Virus record (IMG/VR): IMGVR_UViG_3300045988_161114
Coordinates: 96,001-160,000 of that record
DNA from: a virus
Direction: 5' to 3' (one strand)
Length of the DNA: 64,000 bases
Positions 46,861-54,600 of this stretch are shown piece by piece (positions within the stretch are counted from its first letter, which is position 1; each line of letters starts with the position of its first letter). The translations under genes were made by a program, and so were the position numbers. The notes beneath the pieces were generated by a model that did not search any database, was not told where the DNA came from, and saw only the letters and a program-made list of their open reading frames with translations.

Positions 46861-47172
46861 ATGTCTAGTTTTAAAAAGTTTGCAGTAGAATCATTGATTC
46901 CTGCTGTTATTACTGGTGTTTTTGCCATTGCTATTTTGGGTTTGCTTTTCTATTGGGCTTTAAATGCTACGCCGCGCCCGAAAGATAAAAAAGACAATCC
47001 AGTAAAACTTGAAAAAGTTGAAAAGCCTTTAACTGGAGTAAAGAACCATTTTTCTATTGATGGTTATAAATTCACTTCAACAAATGTTTGCATTGATGGT
47101 AAACAAATTCTTTTTGTACAGCAATTTGCAAAAGATTTTGTTGTACTTAACCTTAATGAACCCTGTAAATAA
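46861..47172 (+). CDS. N-terminal TM protein (103 aa)
   Basis: TTTGGAG RBS + ATG 46861. LIPAVITGVFAIAILGLLFYWAL. Confidence 0.7.
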   Translation: MSSFKKFAVESLIPAVITGVFAIAILGLLFYWALNATPRPKDKKDNPVKLEKVEKPLTGVKNHFSIDGYKFTSTNVCIDGKQILFVQQFAKDFVVLNLNEPCK

Positions 47173-47184
47173 CGGAGACTTTAA

Positions 47185-47520
47185 ATGAAAAAATTGGCTA
47201 TCGTAATTGCCGCATCTTTCGTATTAACTGCCTGTAACCCTTTTAAAGGCGAAACAAATAATCGTATGTATATCAATTCAAATTATTGGATTGAATCATA
47301 TGTTGATCATGATAAAACTGTCTATCAAGAATGTGTAAATGATATGGTTCCCGGCAAAGAGGCAAAAGCTTTGTGCCGCCCAATTGACAAATCTCATTTT
47401 GAAGATATGCAATATCAGCATATTAATCACTCTATTGAGATGTCTAAAGCTGTAGATCGCAAAAATGATCGTGCAATTACAGCATTGGAACAATTGCCTG
47501 ATAAAAAGGCTTCTGAATAA
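47185..47520 (+). CDS. lipoprotein (111 aa)
   Basis: MKKLAIVIAASFVLTAC: signal peptide with lipobox L-T-A-C. ACGGAG RBS. Confidence 0.75.
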   Translation: MKKLAIVIAASFVLTACNPFKGETNNRMYINSNYWIESYVDHDKTVYQECVNDMVPGKEAKALCRPIDKSHFEDMQYQHINHSIEMSKAVDRKNDRAITALEQLPDKKASE

Positions 47521-47530
47521 AAGTTAAAAA

Positions 47531-47565
47531 TAATCGGCGCGATATTAGTGTCGATTATTTTTTGA
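47531..47565 (+). repeat. hairpin + T-tract cassette copy 16
   Basis: TAATCGGCGC gatatta GTGTCGATTA (2 G-T), then TTTTTTGA. Confidence 0.7.
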
Positions 47566-47588
47566 TTAAATTTTTTGGAATTTTTATC

Positions 47589-47915
47589 ATGAAATTTGTT
47601 TTTAAATCTACTTCGGAGTATGAAAAGAATGCTCCAGTATATGCTGTTCGTGTTTTTACACCAATTCAATCTGGTGTAACAGATGAAGACATTGATTGGC
47701 TTTTGTTTGAATCTTCAAAAGATCGTGATACTTATATTAAGTGTCACAAAGAGTCAATAGATTCCTATTTGAAATCATTGTCTGTAGAAGACCCTGAAAC
47801 TGAAGTGTTAACAACATGCCAACGGGCACATAAATTTGATACTACCATGAGTATTGAAAATTGTAAGAAATATATTGGCTATACGCCGCAATTTATTATT
47901 TCTTCTGTTGCTTAA
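47589..47915 (+). CDS. hypothetical protein (108 aa)
   Basis: TTTGGAA + ATG 47589, 32 nt after cassette 16. Confidence 0.65.
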   Translation: MKFVFKSTSEYEKNAPVYAVRVFTPIQSGVTDEDIDWLLFESSKDRDTYIKCHKESIDSYLKSLSVEDPETEVLTTCQRAHKFDTTMSIENCKKYIGYTPQFIISSVA

Positions 47916-47940
47916 TAATGCTATTTAATTGGAGACTAAA

Positions 47941-48195
47941 ATGGCATTTAAAATATGGTCTTTCCCCAAAAGCTATAATCCTATGCTCGGCAATATAAGC
48001 TATAAGGAATTTAATGCTTTTATGGAAAAAATTAAAAAACATCAATTAGAATACTTTACTTTAGGTAGTGCATTCTATATTGAATTCAAAATTGATAAGT
48101 TGTGCCCAAACGACGTACAGCTTCGAAAAGTTTTGTATTCTTTAAATGGTGGTCGCGCCATAGACTTTATTAAGTCTAACTTCAATTTAATTTAG
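47941..48195 (+). CDS. hypothetical protein (84 aa)
   Basis: TTGGAG RBS + 6 nt + ATG 47941. Confidence 0.7.
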   Translation: MAFKIWSFPKSYNPMLGNISYKEFNAFMEKIKKHQLEYFTLGSAFYIEFKIDKLCPNDVQLRKVLYSLNGGRAIDFIKSNFNLI

Positions 48196-48208
48196 AAAGG
48201 GCTTTAAA

Positions 48209-48724
48209 ATGAAAGCACAAAAAATTCAATTAAGTGTGGGCATGAATAAATATATGCCTTTGGAAATTGTTACTCATACTGGGAACAAAGGTTTCATTGG
48301 ATCTATTCTTTCAGATGGCCAAGTCGCTATGGCAATTGGCTTTGTTTATTCAAAAACTCATGGTAAGATGCCTGTAGCATGGAATATGTATGGTGAATCT
48401 ACCGATCGTGTTTCAGCACTCGGCCTTGGCGATATTAAGCCAACTAAAGATCTCTGTATTAAAGAAATTATTACAAAGATTCCCAAAGAGCCAAAAGAAA
48501 CTGACGTTTTCAAACAAGCATTTGGTGCAATTAGCAAAGCTAATGGTGCCGAATCTAAAGCTGAAAAAAATCATTCAATTGACACTTTGCCTCAAGAAAT
48601 TCAGGCTCATTTGTCTGAATTATTTAGCAAATTAGGCGATGGTGTTGAAGTTAAAGCGTACATGGTGGATTCAGAAGGTAATCTTGTTAGCCTTGATAAA
48701 CCTGAAAACGAAACCGTACACTGA
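48209..48724 (+). CDS. hypothetical protein (171 aa)
   Basis: AGAAAGGG RBS upstream of the ATG. Confidence 0.7.
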   Translation: MKAQKIQLSVGMNKYMPLEIVTHTGNKGFIGSILSDGQVAMAIGFVYSKTHGKMPVAWNMYGESTDRVSALGLGDIKPTKDLCIKEIITKIPKEPKETDVFKQAFGAISKANGAESKAEKNHSIDTLPQEIQAHLSELFSKLGDGVEVKAYMVDSEGNLVSLDKPENETVH

Positions 48725-48814
48725 AACAGATCGTAAGTGAAAAAACAACAAAATGGACTAACGCCACATCGTTGGTACGATTAGCTTCCATTTGAGATTT
48801 CCGATAGATAGGTT

Positions 48815-48859
48815 TGTGCGTTTTCCTTAAAAACGTACACCTCCATTTCTTTTTTTTGA
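48815..48859 (+). repeat. hairpin + T-tract cassette copy 17 (variant arms)
   Basis: TGTGCGTTTT cctta AAAACGTACA (10 bp, 1 G-T), then CCTCCATTTCTTTTTTTTGA. 38 nt upstream of ATG 48877. Confidence 0.55.
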
Positions 48860-48876
48860 AAGTTTATTTATTTAAA

Positions 48877-49218
48877 ATGACTCAAACTAAAAAGGCCAAA
48901 GCACACGTTCGACGTGCCTTTGACCACAAATCTAAATCTAAACCTAAATTTGATGGCATTAAAGTGCCGAAAGTTGGTGATGATTTGATTATTGACATCA
49001 AACCTGTTTTGGATCAATTTGGTCCGACTGGTGTATATGAAAAATGCACTGGTAAAGGCGTTGGTGATGAAATTCTGACACGTAAGATTGTTTCGGTTGT
49101 TCAAATCGGAACTAAGCGCTTCGCAGTACGCGATTTTGCGCGTGAATTCTGGGTTGTGTACCCTAAAGGTGGTGCATGGTACCCGGATAAAAACCAACGT
49201 GTTCATTACGAAAATTAA
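48877..49218 (+). CDS. basic protein (113 aa), nucleic-acid-binding candidate
   Basis: MTQTKKAKAHVRRAFDHKSKSKPKFDG... GC-richer codon usage. Internal ATG 48877. Confidence 0.6.
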   Translation: MTQTKKAKAHVRRAFDHKSKSKPKFDGIKVPKVGDDLIIDIKPVLDQFGPTGVYEKCTGKGVGDEILTRKIVSVVQIGTKRFAVRDFAREFWVVYPKGGAWYPDKNQRVHYEN

Positions 49219-49528
49219 TGCATTAAATTGCATAAATTGACGTAAAAAGCAATCAAAATTTGTATGCATCTATTTATATCGGGTTTACATTCGGTATAAG
49301 TGGTGCATACAAAAACAAAACTTTGTAGAATATTGAAATATAAAGAAATATTCTTATGTAAAAGTTTATTAAGAAGTGTATGCAATTTAAATAGCTCAAT
49401 AAGCATGTAGTCATGCATCGGGTATATCAAACGACTTTTTTAACTGGGCCAAAGCATATTTTGTGTACATTTCTTAATGAGCTTTTGCTCATTTATTGCC
49501 GTAAAGGTGATATTTATTAAGATCGTTT

Positions 49529-49560
49529 GGACGCGGGTTCGACTCCCGCCAACTCCACCA
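49529..49560 (+). ncRNA. ssrA: tmRNA acceptor-piece 3' end (T-arm + acceptor 3' strand + ACCA)
   Basis: GGAC GCGGG TTCGACT CCCGC CAACTCC ACCA, nearly identical to the E. coli SsrA 3' end as I recall it. Confidence 0.85.
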
Positions 49561-49677
49561 AAAGACATTTCAAAGATGTTGATACTCTGAAAAGAGTTAG
49601 CGATTCCATATAGCCTATTTTTAACCCTATTACATTATTGCGATTGAGTTAAAATGTCTTATGAGATGTCTTCTGAT

Positions 49678-49760
49678 GGGGTTGTAATGGAATTCGACAG
49701 GCGGTGAATAGGGATATTGCTCGGCACGAGTTGCTTCGTAAAAGCAAAATTAAAATAAAT
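49678..49760 (+). ncRNA. ssrA: tmRNA coding-piece 5' region (acceptor 5' strand, D-analog, PK1-like)
   Basis: GGGGTTG pairs 7/7 with CAACTCC, including G3-U. TAATGGAATTCGAC. UUGCUU...GUAAAAGCAA pseudoknot-like pairing. Confidence 0.75.
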
Positions 49761-49799
49761 GCAAACGATGATGTTTACATGGTACGCGCCGCTGCCTAA
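49761..49799 (+). other. tmRNA tag reading frame ANDDVYMVRAAA + UAA
   Basis: AAAAUAAAU|GCA AAC GAU GAU GUU UAC AUG GUA CGC GCC GCU GCC UAA. Same context as the E. coli resume codon (..AUAGUC|GCA AAC GAC..). Confidence 0.6.
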
Positions 49800-50032
49800 T
49801 TTAGGTAGTTGAGCATAAATGTACAGGGTTTGGACAGTACCTGGTAACAGAAACTGTCCGAGAATTCTAACACTGCGGCTAGTGCACAGTGAGTTTCGTA
49901 ATCGTCTACGATTGGGTAGAGCTGGAATCGTAACCAGCAATTATAAAAGAGTAAATATGTTTGGGCATACCTAGTAACCAACTAGTGAAATTTAAACAAG
50001 CATATATTTTGTGGAAATAACTTAACCATATA

Positions 50033-50052
50033 TCGGTATATACCGACTTTTT
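50033..50052 (+). terminator. weak hairpin + T-run, possible end of the tmRNA transcript
   Basis: TCGGT atat ACCGA, then CTTTTT. Confidence 0.4.
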
Positions 50053-50781
50053 GCATGAGTTTTAAATACCTTAAGAATCGAATTTTGTGGTGACTACTTA
50101 CAGAATTTAAGGTTTCAGGACATGTTTACTCCTTTATGATTCAACCCCCCGCAGCTCTAAGGTGTTTCAACCTTAAATTGATGGTGCATACCATTGTCCT
50201 TTCTTGACAGCATAGCAATTTATATTAGTTGCTATTTGGCTCATCAGCAACGGAAAGACGGCCTGATGAAAACAAATTTATGTAGTACGTCTTACCTGTA
50301 GTATACCCTAAGACGTGCTATTAAATCAACTGTACTAGGCAAGCTAGGATGAGCTGAATGCAGTTGTAAAACCTTGGGTAGTCCTAGAAATCCAGCTATG
50401 GGTTGACCAAAAATAGCATTTATGGTAATAATGGGTCCGTCTCCTGCCCTGAGCCATACGACCAATGATATCATTAAGGCATTCGATATTATGTCGTTAA
50501 ACTACTATACTTATTGCGTAGTAGAAAGAAATGCCTAGATCGCTATAAAATGCGATCGAATCGTTAAACCTTGCCGAGGTACTATATCGGCCCTTCTAGG
50601 ATGAAGAGCTACATCCTAGTATGTGTTCATTGATGTGATAGGCCCTACCAACTTCGCCGACTCACTTATAGCTCAATCTCAGACTTGTCTGACTATTCCG
50701 TCTTTGGATTATGGACGGAAAGAGTGAGTTTACGACCGGCGATTCCGGAGTAATACCACTCTAATAATGATCCACTGAATA
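50053..50781 (+). ncRNA. candidate second large structured RNA / cis element downstream of the tmRNA (ORF-free, hairpin-dense)
   Basis: The only ORF of 60 aa or more here is one 60-aa antisense ORF (50292-50474). Stable hairpins at 50285-50318 (10 bp), 50538-50557, 50596-50619 (8 bp) and 50696-50720 (7 bp). Confidence 0.3.
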
Positions 50782-50825
50782 GCGTCGGCGCACTTTATGT
50801 GACGCCGGCGCATTCTTTATTTAAT
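50782..50825 (+). repeat. hairpin + T-rich cassette copy 18 (GC-rich variant)
   Basis: GCGTCGGCGCAC tttat GTG(A)CGCCGGCGC (12 bp, 1 bulge), then ATTCTTTATTTAATT. Confidence 0.55.
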
Positions 50826-50886
50826 TAATTTATACAAGATGCTATTTTATTGGTATTTTATATAAATTCTTTATTGAGGAATAATA

Positions 50887-51078
50887 ATGGTTGTATGTGT
50901 TTGTAATAATGTTAGCACCAACACGATCAATAAAGATTATATTGATTTAAATAAAAGTGTTGATGATCTTATTATTGACACAGGTGCAACTATGTGTTGT
51001 GGAAAATGTGCTGATTATATTAATTGTATGTTTTCTGAAAAAGTTTTGTTAGTGCCATCTCTCCAACTGGACTCCTAA
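50887..51078 (+). CDS. bfd: BFD-like [2Fe-2S]-binding protein (63 aa)
   Basis: MVVCVCNNVSTNTI...GATMCCGKCADYI matches the CxC...CxxC pattern and spacing of bacterioferritin-associated ferredoxin. GAGGA RBS. Confidence 0.7.
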   Translation: MVVCVCNNVSTNTINKDYIDLNKSVDDLIIDTGATMCCGKCADYINCMFSEKVLLVPSLQLDS

Positions 51079-51173
51079 GGGTATGATGTTCTGCCCTCAT
51101 ATGGTATTATCATATGTTGCCTATTTTTAATAGGAAGAACAAATTCTTTTTTAATCATTATGGAGGATTAAAG

Positions 51174-51590
51174 TTGAAGAAGAAAATACTTGCTATACTA
51201 TTAGCACTACCATCTGTTAGTTTTGCCAAAGAAATTAAATGTTTATCAGAAATGGCTTACTATGAGGCTCGCGGCGAAGGCACTCATGGTATAAAAGTTG
51301 TTACAGATGTAATGTTTAATAGAATGAAAAGCAATCAATTCCCTGATGGAGTTTGTGCTAATTTTAGAAAAAGTGGTCAATATTCTACGGCTAAAATGGC
51401 CGGAGGAAGAAAAGACCAAGAGTTGTATAAAAAGGTTTCAGAACAAGTTGAATCTGAATATGCCAAATATCGTTTAGGTGATTGGCAAGACTCTACTAGT
51501 GGAAGTCTTTATTTTAATTCTAATGGATCACGTCCATCCAATAAAGTAAAATTTAAAGGGAAACGTGGAAGACATTTTCTTTATGGATAG
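51174..51590 (+). CDS. secreted SleB/CwlJ-type cell-wall hydrolase (endolysin candidate, 138 aa from TTG)
   Basis: GGAGGA + 6 nt + TTG 51174 gives the signal peptide MKKKILAILLALPSVSFA. LSEMAYYEARGEGTHGIKVVTDVMFNRMKSNQFPDGVC...GQYS is the Hydrolase_2-type motif. Confidence 0.7.
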   Translation: MKKKILAILLALPSVSFAKEIKCLSEMAYYEARGEGTHGIKVVTDVMFNRMKSNQFPDGVCANFRKSGQYSTAKMAGGRKDQELYKKVSEQVESEYAKYRLGDWQDSTSGSLYFNSNGSRPSNKVKFKGKRGRHFLYG

Positions 51591-51597
51591 TTTTAGT

Positions 51598-51632
51598 AGC
51601 CTAGCACTTATGTGTTAGGCTTTCTTGTTTTT
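51598..51632 (+). terminator. intrinsic terminator
   Basis: AGCCTAGCAC ttat GTGTTAGGCT (1 G-T) + TTCTTGTTTTT. Confidence 0.75.
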
Positions 51633-51661
51633 ACAACAATGTTCTCAGAAAGGACACAAAG

Positions 51662-54600
51662 ATGTACATTCGCTTAAAAGACATTCCAGTAATTGATGCT
51701 GATGCTACAGTTGCGGAGGTTTATGAAATTTATTCTAAACAGTTGCCACAGGATCCAAGACTTAATTGGAAACTGTTGCAAGATCGTATTGCAATGGAAA
51801 TTGTAAATGAGATTTCTGAACCGACTACAATTGAGATTCCTAAATCTTTTTATGATCTCAAATTGAATTGGCCTGAATTTTTGTTTGCAACCAAACATAT
51901 TGACAGCAGTTCTGACATTGAATTGATGAGTCATCATGAACTTATGTTTATGATGTTGTATGAACGCCTTGAATCTTTGTTCAAGTATGATCAACTCTTT
52001 ACTGAATTGATTCGCAAAGACATCAATTATGTCAAGAACCATGTATTGTATGTAACAAGTAATGCATACAATGCTGCTTTGAAAGAATCTTCTGAACTTG
52101 TTATTATTTCTCCTTATAATGAGTACAGTAAAGTTTTGACATATTTGCATCAAGATAAAGTTATGGGCGACGCATTGCCCATGTTGTTTAATCCATCCGA
52201 TCGTGCTATTAAGACTTCTGCATTATATTTTAATGTATTGCCCGGAAGTGAATCAATGCTTGCTGAATCTAATAAAATTATCATTTCTAAAAACGGTAAA
52301 GAGTTTCAGGCTCCTGGATTCCAAGTATTTAAAGATGAAAACGGTGGCTTTGTAGGTTATTCAAGTTTGTTCAAAGTTGGACAGTCTTTGCCTGCCCGTT
52401 TCAAGACTCATCTTAATGGTAATGCATTTGGTGTAAGCAATCCTTCTAAGTTCATCTTTTTACAGGATGCAATTGAAAAGGATGGTGAATTAATCACTAA
52501 GGATAATACCTTAGTTGATGCAGTAATGGTTTATAACGATATTGAATTGGAATCGTATCGTTTAGTAGGCGGCGAAATTGAAGTATCGCCTAAAGTAGGC
52601 AAAGAAATTGTGTTCACTCCTCGTCATATTGAAACTGAATTTGATGAGATTGATGTAAAAGTTGGACAGACTATTTACAGCAAAGGTGGGTACATTAAAA
52701 TTGGTTCACGTGGCGGTGAAGCAATTTATATCGAAATGGTAGACCATATTCAGGTTACTTCTATTGAAGAATCGGGATATAATGGGTCCGCCCGCATTGA
52801 TTATATTGCCTACTATAAAGCTGGTAATGCCCGTATTACAAGCCAAACTGGCTTGAAAGGTGTTACTAAAACTATGCGCAGTTGTGGCAAAATCAAGATT
52901 CATGAAGATGGCAAAGAAGATAAAATCATCGACGTGGATATTGTAGCTGGTATTAATAGCCTTAAAGGTAAAATGAATACTATTCGTCTTGCTCAAGCAG
53001 CTTTTGCATTTAAATATGGCTATTATACCAATGATAAAGATTACCTCGACAGTCTTAATGAAGAGGAAATCAATGCCGCTGTTGCGTCATTGCCTACTGC
53101 AACTTATGAAAAACGTATTAAACGTGTTGATGGTTATGATGATGAAATTATTGTAATTGAAAACGTTAAATACGGCCTGGTTCAGTATTCTTACACTGAA
53201 TTGGGTAGCCATTTTGCTAAGATTAAGAATCAAGGCATGTCATTTAATTGTTTGAAATATATTTGTCAAACAACAGATTCATCTCTTGGACAATATATTT
53301 TAGATAATTGTATTGATAAATCTGATAAGCAAATTGTTGAAGAATTGGCAAAAATCTTGTCAGATGAAGGTCATGTATTTGAATACGCTGATAATTATCC
53401 GTCATATACATTGATTGAATTGAAGTCAATGTTTAATGAACAGGACTTAATCTTGAGTCGTTCTGCTATTATTCCTACTAGCAGTAAATTGTTGGATCCT
53501 GAATTCAATAAAGGTTTCTATATCGACTTAAGTAAGGTTCGTTCTGGTACAAGTATTCGTGTACCATCTGCAGAGATTTTAAATAAATTCTGCGGTAAGC
53601 AAAATGATGGTCAATATGTATATCCAACTATGCTTATTGAATTGTCTAAAATCATTCGTGCAGCAATTGCTGGCCCTAGCCAGTATTTTACTATTGCGCC
53701 GCATCGTAATGAACGTAATCATAAGCGTCCTTCCGCATGGAATGGCTATTTGAATGCAATTAAATCAATGCTGTATCGTACTGAATTAGGTGGTCAAACT
53801 TATGTTAAATCACTTATTCAGCCAAGTCTCAAAGGTGTCAACCTTAAACAGGTTCATGATAAATATGTTCCTGAAGGCAAAGTCGTAATTCTTGATCGTA
53901 ATATTCTTGAGAGTATTCGTGAGTATATTTATGGCAAGCCTAATAATAAGACAACTGAAGAGGCAATGCTTGACCAGTTCCGTCCATTAAATGCATTTAC
54001 TTTGCGTAATCCGTTTTTATGGCGTTCACAGATGATTATTTCCCAACTTTGGGGAATTGATGAATTCAATGATTATCTTCAGGAGAATTATGGAATGACT
54101 GTCAATGATTATCTGGATGTACAGGGAAATCTGCATTGCGCTTTGATTTCTACTGAAATTGTAAGACGTAGCCATAGCGACAATGATGGCGACTTATTGC
54201 AAATTAGTTCAATACCAGGAATTGAGCAACAAGAAATGATGGCTCAATTCAAATTGGAATACTTTACTGAAGATCAAAAACAGTGGGATGAAGACTTCTT
54301 GTTGTCTGAGTATTCATCTATTGAAGATGTTGATTGGAGTAAAAAGTACGAATTGTATTATGTTCCAATTTATCCTAAGCATCCTGGTGATAATGCTTAT
54401 ATGGAATTTCTATGTTCATCAGCTATGGCTAAGAATGCAGTTGGTCCTGGTACAAATGATGCATGGGTATTTTACATGTTAGTTCAGCTGTATTATGGAC
54501 TGGCGCGTGATAATGATCCTAAATCGTATGTACCTTGGGAACGTAAACGTAAAGTACAACTTCGTATTAAAGAAGAAGACTTGTTTACTTATGACCATAT

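Larger units (their letters stand above)
49440..50052 (+). ncRNA. ssrA: circularly permuted (two-piece-type) tmRNA gene: acceptor piece, 117-nt spacer, coding piece (outer boundaries approximate)
   Basis: The 3' T-arm/acceptor/CCA ends at 49560. The complementary 5' acceptor strand GGGGTTG starts at 49678 and is followed by GGAATTCGAC, a PK1-like segment and a tag frame. No canonical 3' end occurs downstream. Confidence 0.7.

Noticed and set aside
49529-49560. The tmRNA 3'-end fragment could be a phage attP core or a prophage att duplication (many elements integrate into ssrA).
   Set aside because: The exactly complementary 5' acceptor strand with G3-U, a tRNA-like D-analog, a PK1-like element and a tag frame lie 117 nt downstream on the same strand. 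No standard 3' end follows them, and no integrase is visible in the window. A permuted functional gene explains all these pieces better. The att-core idea cannot be fully excluded without the rest of the genome.
49659-49981. Minus-strand ORFs of 93 and 61 aa.
   Set aside because: They lie antisense to the tmRNA coding piece. The tmRNA motifs explain the sequence conservation better, and no RBS is present.
50125-50160. GATTCAACCCCCCGCAGCTCT resembles a T-loop plus acceptor strand (a possible standard 3' end for the tmRNA, or a tRNA).
   Set aside because: There is no complementary GCGGGG-type 5' half of a T-stem upstream, no CCA or acceptor complementarity to GGGGTTG, and the spacing is wrong.
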